Below, in pieces: positions 26,890 to 38,167 of a stretch of 47,498 nt of DNA. Made by a program: the position numbers and the translations under genes. The notes beneath the pieces were generated by a model. The model searched no databases. It was not told where the DNA came from and worked only from the letters and a program-made list of their open reading frames with translations. Location: assembly GCA_023150835.1 (NCBI GenBank), contig JAKLKB010000074.1, forward strand, positions 1-47,498, read 5' to 3'. Source of the stretch: Myxococcota bacterium. GTDB taxonomy: Bacteria; Myxococcota_C; UBA6777. Every line of letters starts with the position of its first letter. The stretch's first letter is position 1.

Positions 26890-27606
26890 CCCCTCTTCGG
26901 CCTTTTTCCAGTCCAAGATCACCCATCCTCGCCGCGTCGCTTCACGGCGCAGACGCGGATCGGGATTCACCACACGCGGATTCTTCACGCGCTCCAACAT
27001 CGGCAGATCAGTGAGCGAGTCGGTATAAAAAAAGCTGCCGTCCAGATCCACACCATGCTCTTTTGCCCATCGTTCGGCCCAGATCACCTTTCCCTCACCG
27101 TGACATAGCGGCCCATCAAAATCCCCCGTCAGTCGGCCCTCTTCGTCTAGCGCAAAGCGATTCGCCAACCAATCATCCAACGACCACACTTGGCGCGCAT
27201 ACTCCGCTGCATAACACGAACTGCTTGTCAACAACACACACGGATGGCCTAACGCACGATGCCTTGCCAGCGCCACTTCTGCACCGGGTTGGAGATGCTG
27301 CACCACCTCTTGCGCAAACCACCGATACGTCGAATCACGCAAGCTTTGATCCGGATCACCACGATAACTCTCGATGGCCTTTTTCAACACACGATCCATA
27401 TCCACCAACGAAAAATGATACAGCGAAAGATACCAAAAGCCTTGTAAGGCCGTCCACAGCGAGATCCGACCGTGCCGAAACGCATGCTTGACATACAACG
27501 TCCCACTGTTCACGCGGATCAACGTCCGATCCAGATCAAAAAAAGCGGCGATCTTTCGCTTCGCAAGACTTTGGTTCTCAACACGTTCTTGTTCTATTGA
27601 CGCCAA
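26872..27606 (-). CDS. HAD-IB family hydrolase (SerB-like)
   Basis: AFFDLDRTL; LLTSS; GEGK; YTDSLTDLPMLE..VVNPDPRL. Confidence 0.92.
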   Translation of the reverse strand: MASIEQERVENQSLAKRKIAAFFDLDRTLIRVNSGTLYVKHAFRHGRISLWTALQGFWYLSLYHFSLVDMDRVLKKAIESYRGDPDQSLRDSTYRWFAQEVVQHLQPGAEVALARHRALGHPCVLLTSSSCYAAEYARQVWSLDDWLANRFALDEEGRLTGDFDGPLCHGEGKVIWAERWAKEHGVDLDGSFFYTDSLTDLPMLERVKNPRVVNPDPRLRREATRRGWVILDWKKAEEGAKGIA

Positions 27607-27981
27607 TGGGGCCTCCTTCGCTTGCTGTCAACCGCTTACCCTCACGAACACAGCGTTTTTTGTCAAACAGCCAGTCCTATTCTGAAGACGGCGAGACCAC
27701 AACGGATTTCAAGGGTCTCTCATCACGATGCGGCGCGTTATCACGCTTTCCCTTTCTTGCAAAGGGTTCGCTTTTTGATGCGCTGTATGTCAAGACATGG
27801 AGGTCGTGCATTGAGCGAGGCAGGAAACACCCATCATTAGGCGGTTGCATCCGCCGTAGGCTCTGCGTACAATGCACCCGAACCTCCGCGTGAAGGAAGC
27901 ATCGTTTTTTTTCCTTGCTTTCGCGCAAGGCATGACTGGGATGGCGCTCCATCACCAGCGTTTTTTTGGGAGTTCTTTACC

Positions 27982-30900
27982 ATGCATTCATCCGCAACCC
28001 CTCCACCTATCTCCCACGCCCCCAAAGCCCGACAGGCTCTGGGACGCATCGCCTGGTTCTGCTTGCTCTTTGGCGGGCTTCTGTTCAACAGCAACTGCGC
28101 CTCCAAATTTCCGAGCGAAAAGATCGTCTTCAAATCCCATCCCGAATGTGACCCTCTCAGCTTCCTCAAAACCGTGCAACTCGATTATGTCAATGTCAGC
28201 CTCCAAATCGGCGAAAATGACACAGACGACACAAGAGCCATCAACGGCCAAGTCGGCCAAGTCACCCATACCCCCGAAGGCAAAACCGCCGACTACACAA
28301 AAAAAGGGAACTTCTTCAACGAAGTGTTCCGTGAACCCGAGGTCGTCAAAAACGGCGTTCGCCCCGCTGCAGGTGAAAAAGTTGCGATCGAAGCAGATAC
28401 CGTCGAAGTCCAATCCGTTGATGAATGGGGTTGCCTTGTCACCGTTTGGAGAGGTAAAAACCCTGCAGAAGAAGGGGAGCGCCGCTACTACACGATGGTT
28501 TCCATCAACGGCCAAGGCGAGATGAAAGATCTCGATGGTATCGAGGAAAACGGCGTAAAAAGCACACAACCTGTCCTTTCTATGCCCAAAGATCTGAACA
28601 AAGCCAAGAAGATCTACGCTCGCCTCTTCATCATCCGAAAAAGCTTCTTGCGCACAGGCCCCCCCACCATCAAAGACGGCAAGATCACCGCGCAACGCTC
28701 GCTCGATCAACTCCGCGCAACCTGCGAGTCCATCGACAAAAACCCCTCCTATCTTTGCTTTACAGAACCCACGCGCTGCTACTTTGTCGTCAACTACTAC
28801 CTCCAACGCAATGCCGATGGCAGCGGGCAAGCCTTTGACCTCGCAGAAGAACCCGACAGCGACTTCAAAGTTCATGGTGATAAACAACAAACACCCCGCG
28901 TCTGCCGCCTTTGTCACCCCGAGATCTGCGACGGAAAAGACAACGACTGCGACTGCCCACCCGGCGAAGACTGCAAAGCTTACGCAGATAACCTTGTCGG
29001 GCAAAAGGTCGATCTCACACAAAAGCGTAACAATCAACAAAAAAACCTCTTAACCGTTGCTTGTTTTGCTTATGAATCTCGCCAAATCGACCGACCCAAC
29101 AAAGACCCGGGCGTGGGGTTCAACCAATCCGATGGATTGCCCTTCGCCGAGTGCGCGGCCGGAACCCGTTATTGCTTGGATGGTGGCCTGTTTGGGGCAA
29201 AATGCGAAGGCGAGGGACCACCCGCGAGCAAACAGCGTTGCCGCTCCGGTAACTGCCAAAGTGGTACGCCCACCAGTTGCCCGCTCCCTGATGGAAAACA
29301 AGAATGTGTCGACTTGCAAACCAATTCCGCACACTGCGGTGCGTGCGGCAAAGTCTGCCAAAACGGGCAAACGTGTATCGGCGGAAAATGCCAATGTTCG
29401 GGACTTTTGCCCGACGACTGCACGGGCGTCTGCAAAAACATCCTGTCAGATAACCAAAACTGCGGTGCTTGCGGCAAAAAGTGCGATGCCGGTAAGCTCT
29501 GCGCAGGCGGAGTATGCCTTGACAACTGCCCCACAGGACAATCCCCTTGTTCGGGGGGCTGCGTTGATCTGAAATCCGACCTCTTCCACTGCGGAGCATG
29601 CGGCACCGAATGCAAAAGCGGTAACAAGTGCATCAGCGGCGTTTGCCAATGCGAAGCCGAAGGCCCTCTCCCCAACAATTGCGGCGGTGTTTGCAAAAAT
29701 CTTCAATCCGACAACGAAAACTGCGGAACCTGCGGCAAAAAGTGCGACTCGGGAAAACTCTGCTCCGGCGGAAACTGCCTTGATAACTGCCCTGCTGGAC
29801 AAGACCCTTGTACGGGCGGATGCGCCGACCTCAAGATCGACTCCAATAACTGTGGCGCTTGTGGTCGCAAGTGTACAGGCGGAAAGATCTGCATCAACAA
29901 CCAAAACAAAGGCGAGTGCCAATGCACGGGCGATATCCCCAACGACTGCAACGGCGTTTGCAAAAACTTTTCATCCGACAACGAAAACTGCGGATCTTGC
30001 GGCAACAAATGCGCAGCCGGAAAGATCTGCTCGGGTGGAAAATGCCTTGACAACTGTCCCACAGGGCAAAACCCTTGCAGTGGCGGTTGCGTCGATCTCA
30101 AGACCGATCCCAAACATTGCGGCGCTTGTGGCGTCGCCTGTTCCGGCGGAAAAGCATGTATCGGTTCCTCGTGTCGATGTGATCCCAGCAGCGATCTCCC
30201 CAACGATTGCAACGGTATCTGCAAAAACTTCGCTTCCGATAACCTCCACTGCGGCGGTTGTGGCAAACCGTGTGCTTCTGGAAAACTCTGCTCTGGCGGT
30301 CTATGCCGTGACAACTGCCCCACAGGGCAAACCCCGTGTAGTGGCGGGTGTGCCGATCTCAAGACGGATTCCAACCATTGTGGGGTTTGTGGGGGCAAGT
30401 GCGCCGGCGGAAAAGTCTGCGTCAACGGACAATGCCTCTGTACGGGCGATACCCCCAACGATTGCAATGGTGTCTGCAAAAACTTTGCGTCCGACAACGA
30501 AAACTGCGGTTCCTGCGGCAAAAAGTGCGATGCTGGCAAGATCTGTTCTGGCGGTCAATGCCGTGACAACTGTCCCACGGGACAAAGTCCTTGTAGCGGG
30601 GCGTGTGTCAACCTTAATGCCGACGCCAACAACTGCGGATCTTGTGGAACCAAATGCAACGGCGGAAAGATCTGCTCAAATCGTACATGCGTCTGCGATC
30701 CAGCGGGCCTTCTCCCCAACGAATGCAACAGCGTTTGTCGCAACTTTGCATCCGACAACGATAACTGCGGTTCCTGCGGCAAAAAGTGCGACTCCGGCAA
30801 GATCTGCTCTGGCGGAAACTGCCTTGACAACTGCCCCAGCGGACAAAACGCTTGTACGGGCGGTTGTGCCGACCTCACCAAAGATATCAACAACTGCGGT

Positions 30901-32310
30901 GCGTGTGGAACCAAATGCACAGGCGGCAAAGTTTGTATCAACCGACAATGCCGCTGCGATCCCTCCGGCCCCGTCCCCAACGACTGCAACGGCGTCTGCA
31001 AAAACACCCAATCCGACCTCACCAATTGCGGTAGTTGCAGCGTTCCCTGCGCAAGCGGAAAGATCTGCTCGGGTGGAAACTGCCTCGATAGCTGTCCCTC
31101 AGGGCAAACTCCCTGTTCGGGTGGATGCTTTAACCTCACAGAAAGCACCACACATTGCGGATCGTGTGGACTCCCTTGCACGGGTGCCAGCAAATGTTGC
31201 AACGGAACCTGCCGCAACCTCGCTGCAGACAACAGCAACTGTGGTGCTTGTGGTACCTCTTGCTCGGGCGGCAAAGTCTGTGTAAGCGCCCAATGCGTCG
31301 ATAACTGTACCGGCAGCCAAATCAACTGCAGCGGCACTTGCCACGATCCACAAACCAGCAACCAACACTGTGGGGGCTGCAACACCGCTTGCCCCGGTGG
31401 ACAAAGCTGCACCAACGGAAAGTGTTGTCCCAACGGGCAAACCAACTGTGGCGGCACTTGTCGCAACCTTCAATCCGACGACAACCACTGCGGATCGTGC
31501 GGGCTTGTTTGCTCGGGTGGGCGGGACTGCCAAAGCGGATCGTGCGTCTGCCCCACCGCAGGACAACAGTTCTGCGGCGGAAACTGTGTCGACACCCTCT
31601 CAAGCACCACCAACTGCGGTACTTGTGGAAGCGCCTGTAGCTCCCCTCGCTCCTGCCAAAACGGTTCTTGCCTTTGCACCAGCGGACTCAGCTTCTGCGG
31701 TGGAAGCTGCGTAGACACCAACACGAGCACCTCCCATTGCGGTAGCTGCAACAGTCCATGCCCCGTCAATTCCGCCTGTACGGGTGGCGCTTGTGCTTGT
31801 TCTGGCGGACGCACCTTTTGCGGCGGAAGCTGCGTGGATACCAGCGCAAGTAACGCCCATTGTGGTGGCTGCAACAGCCCATGCCCCTCAGGTTCGTCTT
31901 GCGCGGGCAGCACGTGTGTTTGCTCTGGCGGACTCAACCTTTGCGGTGGTGGTTGTGTGGATACCGCAACCAACAACACCCATTGCGGTGGTTGCAACAG
32001 CCCATGCCCCACGAACTCCAGTTGCACCAGCGGCACGTGTGTTTGCTCTGGCGGCCCCCAAAACAAGATCTGCGCGGGTCAATGCGTCAACACCAACACA
32101 AGCAACACCCATTGCGGCAGTTGCAACAGCCCATGCCCCACGAACTCGACCTGCACAAGCGGGATCTGTGTCTGCGATGGCGGCGCGAACTTCAAGATCT
32201 GTGGCGGCAATTGTGTAGACACCAGCACAAACACTTCTCACTGCGGCACTTGTGGCAACGACTGCAAAGGCGCAACCCCCAATTGCGTCAACAGCGTTTG
32301 CGTTCCTTAA
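27982..32310 (+). CDS. Giant Cys-rich exported protein with many CVDxxxDxxHCGxCGxxC repeats (myxobacterial Stig1-like/MXAN_6577-like), 1442 aa
   Basis: N-terminal signal (WFCLLFGGLLFNSNC) and >20 repeats of C(V/K)(D/N)xxSDxx(N/H)CGxCGxxC. Confidence 0.85.
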   Translation: MHSSATPPPISHAPKARQALGRIAWFCLLFGGLLFNSNCASKFPSEKIVFKSHPECDPLSFLKTVQLDYVNVSLQIGENDTDDTRAINGQVGQVTHTPEGKTADYTKKGNFFNEVFREPEVVKNGVRPAAGEKVAIEADTVEVQSVDEWGCLVTVWRGKNPAEEGERRYYTMVSINGQGEMKDLDGIEENGVKSTQPVLSMPKDLNKAKKIYARLFIIRKSFLRTGPPTIKDGKITAQRSLDQLRATCESIDKNPSYLCFTEPTRCYFVVNYYLQRNADGSGQAFDLAEEPDSDFKVHGDKQQTPRVCRLCHPEICDGKDNDCDCPPGEDCKAYADNLVGQKVDLTQKRNNQQKNLLTVACFAYESRQIDRPNKDPGVGFNQSDGLPFAECAAGTRYCLDGGLFGAKCEGEGPPASKQRCRSGNCQSGTPTSCPLPDGKQECVDLQTNSAHCGACGKVCQNGQTCIGGKCQCSGLLPDDCTGVCKNILSDNQNCGACGKKCDAGKLCAGGVCLDNCPTGQSPCSGGCVDLKSDLFHCGACGTECKSGNKCISGVCQCEAEGPLPNNCGGVCKNLQSDNENCGTCGKKCDSGKLCSGGNCLDNCPAGQDPCTGGCADLKIDSNNCGACGRKCTGGKICINNQNKGECQCTGDIPNDCNGVCKNFSSDNENCGSCGNKCAAGKICSGGKCLDNCPTGQNPCSGGCVDLKTDPKHCGACGVACSGGKACIGSSCRCDPSSDLPNDCNGICKNFASDNLHCGGCGKPCASGKLCSGGLCRDNCPTGQTPCSGGCADLKTDSNHCGVCGGKCAGGKVCVNGQCLCTGDTPNDCNGVCKNFASDNENCGSCGKKCDAGKICSGGQCRDNCPTGQSPCSGACVNLNADANNCGSCGTKCNGGKICSNRTCVCDPAGLLPNECNSVCRNFASDNDNCGSCGKKCDSGKICSGGNCLDNCPSGQNACTGGCADLTKDINNCGACGTKCTGGKVCINRQCRCDPSGPVPNDCNGVCKNTQSDLTNCGSCSVPCASGKICSGGNCLDSCPSGQTPCSGGCFNLTESTTHCGSCGLPCTGASKCCNGTCRNLAADNSNCGACGTSCSGGKVCVSAQCVDNCTGSQINCSGTCHDPQTSNQHCGGCNTACPGGQSCTNGKCCPNGQTNCGGTCRNLQSDDNHCGSCGLVCSGGRDCQSGSCVCPTAGQQFCGGNCVDTLSSTTNCGTCGSACSSPRSCQNGSCLCTSGLSFCGGSCVDTNTSTSHCGSCNSPCPVNSACTGGACACSGGRTFCGGSCVDTSASNAHCGGCNSPCPSGSSCAGSTCVCSGGLNLCGGGCVDTATNNTHCGGCNSPCPTNSSCTSGTCVCSGGPQNKICAGQCVNTNTSNTHCGSCNSPCPTNSTCTSGICVCDGGANFKICGGNCVDTSTNTSHCGTCGNDCKGATPNCVNSVCVP

Positions 32311-32357
32311 CGCACAGGCCGCCTCCACTTCAAACAACAGTCTGCTCACTTCGGCCT

Positions 32358-32498
32358 CCCCCATCCTTTCAGCCTGCTCCCCCCATCCTTTCAGCCTGCT
32401 CCCCCCATCCTTTCAGCCTGCTCCCCCCATCCTTTCAGCCTGCTCCCCCCATCCTTTCAGCCTGCTCCCCCCATCCTTTCAGCCTGCTCCCCCCATCC
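32358..32498. repeat. 6.5 x 22-bp tandem repeat between convergent genes
   Basis: CCCCCCATCCTTTCAGCCTGCT units. Confidence 0.93.
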
Positions 32499-32543
32499 CC
32501 TTCGCTTGTTGTTGCGCTCTCGTCGCTCAAATCGACTGCGGCA

Positions 32544-33464
32544 CTATTTCTTGTCCACCCACCCAACGTTGCTGTTATCGGGCGCAACGTAGTTCGGTCC
32601 ATTCGACGAAGTCGCCAACACCACCGCTGTCACGATCCCTCCGACCACGACCAACCCGATCACTGTCCCGCCGATGATCCAAGGTACGTTGTTCGCACGC
32701 ACAAGCTTACAGATCTGGGCTTTTTCGTCCCATGCCGAGCCGACCTTGCAAGCGCAATACATCTGCTTCTTTTCTTTGTAGAGTTCTTGTCCGCCTGTGC
32801 ATTTGCAGCTTGGTTTTTCTTTGAGTGTGAGTTGCATTGGGGCTTCGGCAATCGTGCCTTCGGAGACGACTTTGTCGCCTTCAAACAGGCCGTATTTGAG
32901 GCATTGGTTTTTTTGAATGCCGATCTCGTATTCGCCTTTGGGCAGGTAGATCTCTTTGTTGTCGAGAAGGAAGCCACCTTGTCGTTGTGTGCGTTTAGTA
33001 AAAAGGTCGAAGTATCGGCGTTTATGGGCATTGCTAAACGGACTTTTGGGTTTGATGATCAATTGCAGTTTGCCGACTTCTTCGGGATCGACTTCGGGAG
33101 AGATCTTAAAGACGCCGTAATAATCCTTGAGCTTGCGCGCCAGCCCATCAAGCGCACTTTTTTGGCGTTCGTTTTTGACCAAGCCACGGGCGCGTTCGAT
33201 CATTTGGGCCGCTTTTTGGATATCAGGCAACCAATAATAAGCGTTCGCAAGGTGGTAATGCGCGGCAAAGTGTTGTTGTCCCTTCTCTGTCCGAATCGCC
33301 ACCGTCAGATCTTTGATCGCATCAAAAAACAAACGTTGTTGCATCCGCAACTTGCCGCGCTCGTAAAAGCGCACAAAGTCCGGCTCTGCTTGGGCGTGAC
33401 CGCTCCACAAAAGCACGCCCATCAACCCCAAAACCCATCCTCTATGCCATCCCAATCGATGCAT
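32544..33464 (-). CDS. Exported TPR protein with Cys-rich module and C-terminal TM helix (paralog 1)
   Basis: Signal peptide AQA|EPD; TPR-like AHYHLANAYY; CKCTGG..CACKVG..C; WIIGGTVIGLVVVGGIV TM. Confidence 0.75.
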   Translation of the reverse strand: MHRLGWHRGWVLGLMGVLLWSGHAQAEPDFVRFYERGKLRMQQRLFFDAIKDLTVAIRTEKGQQHFAAHYHLANAYYWLPDIQKAAQMIERARGLVKNERQKSALDGLARKLKDYYGVFKISPEVDPEEVGKLQLIIKPKSPFSNAHKRRYFDLFTKRTQRQGGFLLDNKEIYLPKGEYEIGIQKNQCLKYGLFEGDKVVSEGTIAEAPMQLTLKEKPSCKCTGGQELYKEKKQMYCACKVGSAWDEKAQICKLVRANNVPWIIGGTVIGLVVVGGIVTAVVLATSSNGPNYVAPDNSNVGWVDKK

Positions 33465-33650
33465 CGTTCACCTCTCGTGGTGTCTGTGAATGTTCTTCTT
33501 CGGGTGGATTGTCCCAACCTTCGGCCCAAGACAACGCTTCCTCCCACAGAAGAGACGCCCCAGCATACAAAACCCGCCCCCCACAATCAAGACCACCGCC
33601 CCTCATACGACACAAGATCGACACTTCGTCTCTCTTCAATCAGCACCTAC

Positions 33651-34592
33651 CTACGGGGTGCTTGTTTTGCGCTCCCACAGGTGGACCTTGCCCTTTTCTC
33701 CGATGGCTTGGGCATTGTCCATCTCGCGACTGTTGACGGCGATCACGATGCCCGTGATCACCCCGCCCGCAAGCAACACTCCCGCCCCCAAAAAGATCCA
33801 AGGCAAGGGGTTTGCTGCCCGTGCGATCTCACAGCGCGCTTTTTGAGGGTTCCATGCCGAGCCTGCCTTACAGGCGCAGTACACGCGGTTTTTTTCACGA
33901 AACAGCTTTTGCCCACCTGTACACTCGCAGCTTGGCTTTTCGATCAGCGCTACTTGGGTGGGTTGTTCTTCGATGGTGATCTCACGAAGCAACTCTTTTT
34001 TCTGCGCGAATCCGTACTTGAGGCACTGATTTTGTTGGATGCTGATCTCGTACTCGCCTTTGGGCAAAAAGATCGCCTTGTTGTTCAGCGGAAAACCGCC
34101 TTGACGCTGCACTCGCTTCAAGAAGATCTCGAAGTATCGGCGTTTATGGGCGTTGCTAAACGGGCTTTTGGGTTTGATCACCACTTGCAGCTTGCCGACT
34201 TCTTCTGGATCGACTTCGGAGGTGATCTGAAACGTACCGTAATAATCTTTGATCTTGCGCTTGAGTGCTTCGATGGCTTCTCGCTGGCTGGGGTTTTTGG
34301 CGAGGGCCTCGGCTTGGCTAACGATCTGCATCGCCTGTTGGATATCAGGCAGCCAATAAAAGGCGTTTGCAAGATGATAATGCGCCGCAAAGCTGCGTTT
34401 TCCTCGCCCCGTGCGAGTCGCGATCCGCAGATCTTTGACGGCATCAAAATACATCTTTTGTTGCAAGCGCAACTTCCCGCGCTCATAAAAACGCACATAA
34501 TCCGGCTCGCTCCACGCGCTTCTCCCCCCGCTCGTGATGCTCACAAAAAAGATCCAACCGATCCACCACTTGTATCCGTGCGTTTGAAGCAT
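33651..34592 (-). CDS. Exported TPR protein with Cys-rich module and C-terminal TM helix (paralog 2)
   Basis: Shares blocks with 32544-33464 (VRFYERGKLR, SPFSNAHKRRYF, LPKGEYEI, NQCLKYG). Confidence 0.75.
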   Translation of the reverse strand: MLQTHGYKWWIGWIFFVSITSGGRSAWSEPDYVRFYERGKLRLQQKMYFDAVKDLRIATRTGRGKRSFAAHYHLANAFYWLPDIQQAMQIVSQAEALAKNPSQREAIEALKRKIKDYYGTFQITSEVDPEEVGKLQVVIKPKSPFSNAHKRRYFEIFLKRVQRQGGFPLNNKAIFLPKGEYEISIQQNQCLKYGFAQKKELLREITIEEQPTQVALIEKPSCECTGGQKLFREKNRVYCACKAGSAWNPQKARCEIARAANPLPWIFLGAGVLLAGGVITGIVIAVNSREMDNAQAIGEKGKVHLWERKTSTP

Positions 34593-34633
34593 CGTTTCCC
34601 CGCCTTGCGTGTGCAGCCCGAAAAATCGGGCAT

Positions 34634-37429
34634 TTAGGGATTGGCCTTGTCTTTTTCATCCTTGCCGTGGCACTTTTTGTACTTTTGGCCTGAACCACAC
34701 CAACAAGGATCATTTCTCCCGACCTTCGGACGTTCGCGACGTACCGTGACAGGTTTGGGGGGTTCTTCGATCTCGTTGCCTTCGCCGTCGATGCTGGTGT
34801 GGCTAAGTTCGAGTTCGTGCTCGCTTTGACGGCGGCGCTCCTCGATCGCTTCTTCGAGTTGCTCTTGGCTACGCACTTCCACATGAAAGAGCTTTTCCAC
34901 CACGGCTGTCTTGATCCGCTCCAAAAGCTCTTGAAACATCTGGAAGGCTTCTTTTTTGTACACCAGCTTGGGGTCGATCTGACGGTAGCCTTGAAGGTTG
35001 ATCCCTTCGCGCAAGTGATCGATGGCTTTGAGGTGATCTTTCCACAAGTCATCGATATCCATCAGGTAAAGCTCGCGCTCGACTTGACGCAAGAGAGGTT
35101 TCCCCATCTCGCGCTCACGCTTCTCGTACTGCTGCTCGATCTGCTTCCACAACATCTGCTCGATGGCTTCGTGTGGATTGTTCGAGGCGATCAACACATC
35201 TTCGTCGATCTCAGGCCGAAGATGGAACAGTCCAAAACAAGCCTCTTCGAGTGAGTCCAGTTCCCACATATCCACGGGCGTTTTGTTCGGACAGAGCCGC
35301 TCGCGCAGCATCACCAACACATCTTCCATCATATCGAGTACGTTCTCGTGGACGTCTTCGCTTGAAAGGATCTCCCGACGCAAACGGTAGATCGTCTTGC
35401 GTTGGATATCCATCACGTCGTCGTATTCGAGAAGATGCTTGCGGATCTCAAAGTTGTGCGCTTCAACTTTGTTTTGGGCGCTTTCGATCGCCCGCGTGAC
35501 CATCCGATGCTCGATCGGCTCGCCCTCTTCCATCCCCATCGCGCCCATCCAATCGCTCAAACGATCCGAACCAAAGCGACGCATCAAGTCATCTTCGAGC
35601 GACAGATAAAAACGGCTCGCCCCCGGGTCGCCCTGACGCCCCGAACGACCACGCAACTGGTTGTCGATCCGCCGCGACTCGTGGCGCTCCGTCCCCAAAA
35701 TAAACAAACCACCCGCTGCAACGACTTCTAGGGCCTCTTTTTTCCACTCGTCTCGACGCTCAAAGATCCGCTTGAAGTCATGCTCCAAAAGATCTGCCAG
35801 CGCTTTACCCATCTCACGGGCTTTCGATTCATCGCCCCTCAAAGCTTCTTTCACGAACCGCGAAGACTCCATCGTTGCGACGTCTGCGCCGTGTTGTTCG
35901 AGGATGCTCTCCACGAAAGGCTCGGGATTCCCGCCGAGGATAATGTCCGTACCACGACCCGCCATGTTGGTGGCGATCGTGATCGTCCCCTTGCGTCCGG
36001 CTTGTGCGACGATCTCCGCTTCTTTTTCGTCGTGCTTGGCGTTCAACACTTGGTGCGGGATCTTTCGCCGCGTCAACATCTTGTGCAAGATCTCAGAGCG
36101 CTCGATCGAGACCGTCCCCACCAACACAGGCTGGCCACGCTGATAACAGTCCTCGATCTCATCCATCACAGCCTCGAACTTCTCTCGCTCCGTTCGGTAC
36201 ACCACATCATTGTAATCCGTACGCGACACTTTTTTGTTGGTGGGGATCACCGTGACATCGAGCTTATAGGTCTTGTGAAACTCGGCAGCTTCGGTCTCTG
36301 CGGTCCCCGTCATCCCCGCAAGTTTTTTGTAAAGGCGAAAGTAGTTTTGGAATGAGATGCTTGCGAGAGTTTGGCTCTCGGGTTCGATCTTGACTTTTTC
36401 CTTGGCTTCGACGGCTTGGTGCAAGCCATCCGACCAACGGCGGCCCGGCAAAGCCCGCCCCGTAAATTCGTCGATGATCAGGACTTCGCCGCTTTTGACC
36501 ATATAATCCACGTCTTTTTTGTACACCGCATGCGCACGCAAGGCTTGGGTGACGTGGTGCAAGATCAAGATGTTCTTGGGATCATACAGGTTTTGCACCT
36601 GCAACAGCCGCTCGACACGCTCCACCCCTTCATCGCTCAAGACCACCGTTCGGGACTTTTCATCGACCGAAAAGTGCAAGCCTTTTTGCAGCTTTGGCAT
36701 GATCGCATCGACCACATAGTACATCTCGATCGAATCATCCGAAGGGCCGCTGATAATCAACGGTGTGCGTGCTTCGTCGATCAAGATCGAGTCGACCTCG
36801 TCCACGATCCCGTAGTGTAGCTCACGCTGCACATATTCTTCGAGCGCAAACTTCATATTGTCGCGCAGATAATCAAAGCCAAATTCGTTGTTGGTTCCAT
36901 AAGTGATATCGCAAGCATAGTTGCGGCGGCGCTGCGCATCGCTGAGTTCGTGCGTGATCGTACCAACACTCAGTCCCAAAAAGCGATAGATCTTGCCCAT
37001 CCATTCGGCATCGCGGCGAGCAAGGTAATCGTTGACGGTCACGAGGTGACAACCTTTCCCACTCAGCGCGTTCAGCGCAAGCGGCAGCGTCGCCACCAAG
37101 GTCTTGCCTTCGCCCGTTTTCATCTCGGCGATCTTGCCCTGATGCAACGAGATCCCCCCGATCATCTGCACATCATAATGACGCATCCCCGTCGCACGCG
37201 CCGAAGCCTCGCGGGTCAACGCAAACACTTCGGGCAACAAACTGTCCAATGCCTCGCCATTTTCGTGACGTTGGCGATAGGTGTTCATCCGCGAGACAAA
37301 CTCATCGTCCCGCAAACTCTTCATCTCGCTCTCTAGCGTGTTGATCCGCGCCAACACAGGGCGCATCTTTTTGATCTTGCGCGCACTGCTTGTGCCAAAA
37401 AGCGAACTTAATATCTTGATTATACTCAT
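34634..37429 (-). CDS. secA: Preprotein translocase subunit SecA
   Basis: [63 protein letters not shown]; likely start MSIIKIL at 37429. Confidence 0.98.
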   Translation of the reverse strand: MSIIKILSSLFGTSSARKIKKMRPVLARINTLESEMKSLRDDEFVSRMNTYRQRHENGEALDSLLPEVFALTREASARATGMRHYDVQMIGGISLHQGKIAEMKTGEGKTLVATLPLALNALSGKGCHLVTVNDYLARRDAEWMGKIYRFLGLSVGTITHELSDAQRRRNYACDITYGTNNEFGFDYLRDNMKFALEEYVQRELHYGIVDEVDSILIDEARTPLIISGPSDDSIEMYYVVDAIMPKLQKGLHFSVDEKSRTVVLSDEGVERVERLLQVQNLYDPKNILILHHVTQALRAHAVYKKDVDYMVKSGEVLIIDEFTGRALPGRRWSDGLHQAVEAKEKVKIEPESQTLASISFQNYFRLYKKLAGMTGTAETEAAEFHKTYKLDVTVIPTNKKVSRTDYNDVVYRTEREKFEAVMDEIEDCYQRGQPVLVGTVSIERSEILHKMLTRRKIPHQVLNAKHDEKEAEIVAQAGRKGTITIATNMAGRGTDIILGGNPEPFVESILEQHGADVATMESSRFVKEALRGDESKAREMGKALADLLEHDFKRIFERRDEWKKEALEVVAAGGLFILGTERHESRRIDNQLRGRSGRQGDPGASRFYLSLEDDLMRRFGSDRLSDWMGAMGMEEGEPIEHRMVTRAIESAQNKVEAHNFEIRKHLLEYDDVMDIQRKTIYRLRREILSSEDVHENVLDMMEDVLVMLRERLCPNKTPVDMWELDSLEEACFGLFHLRPEIDEDVLIASNNPHEAIEQMLWKQIEQQYEKREREMGKPLLRQVERELYLMDIDDLWKDHLKAIDHLREGINLQGYRQIDPKLVYKKEAFQMFQELLERIKTAVVEKLFHVEVRSQEQLEEAIEERRRQSEHELELSHTSIDGEGNEIEEPPKPVTVRRERPKVGRNDPCWCGSGQKYKKCHGKDEKDKANP

Positions 37430-37649
37430 GAAAAAACTCGTGCCGTGTGAGAGGAAACAGGACCCAGCGCTTGTGAAAATCTGCGCAAGTATAATGACCT
37501 TTCCCCCAAGCGCAAGCATTCCCCTTCACCCACGCAAAGCCGCCGTCTTTCCCTCGCTGTCTTGCGCCGCAAAAAATCCTTGCTTGATCTTCAAAACGCC
37601 GTATCATAAACCCTTGTGACTTTTTTCGCCCACAGTGGAGGAACTAGGT

Positions 37650-38159
37650 ATGGCGGGCCATCAAGACCTCGTCGCTGTCCCCGGAGTTTGTGCTGGACAC
37701 CCCGAACATCCCGAGATGTTGTGGATGTTTGAACGCCTCCCCTCAGGTGTCCTTCGCTTTTTGCGCCTTGAGATCGATTTCCCCGAGCCTGACACCTACA
37801 CACAAGCTGAATTCAAAAAGTTTGATGTCGATATGCGCGGCTTTGAGGGCTGCCCTTATTGTGAAGCCCGACTCTACTTCTTCTGCAAAAAATGCAAAGC
37901 TCTTAGCTGTTTTTCTTGGGAACAGATCAACAGCGAAGGTTTATGGACCTGCCATAGCTGCCATAGCATCTACCGTATGCGCCCCAAAACCACTCCTTTT
38001 CGCGTCGAAGCCCAAATCGGTTCCCAAGATCCCACCCACACCAACCACCCACACGCAGCAAACCTCAACCCACTTCACACGCACACAGGCCACTTCCCCC
38101 CCCAACAAACCGCCAACCTCTCCCCCAACCGCACCCAGTCATGGCATCCCAAAAAGTGA
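37650..38159 (+). CDS. Small Cys-cluster Zn-binding protein resembling a TerY-C metal-binding domain
   Basis: GGAGG RBS; GCPYC..FFCKKCKALSC..WTCHSC. Confidence 0.55.
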   Translation: MAGHQDLVAVPGVCAGHPEHPEMLWMFERLPSGVLRFLRLEIDFPEPDTYTQAEFKKFDVDMRGFEGCPYCEARLYFFCKKCKALSCFSWEQINSEGLWTCHSCHSIYRMRPKTTPFRVEAQIGSQDPTHTNHPHAANLNPLHTHTGHFPPQQTANLSPNRTQSWHPKK

Positions 38160-38167
38160 CCGTCACT

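Noticed and set aside
31860-34637. 925-aa plus-strand ORF
   Set aside because: Antisense shadow of the two TPR genes plus a repeat; no recognisable motifs
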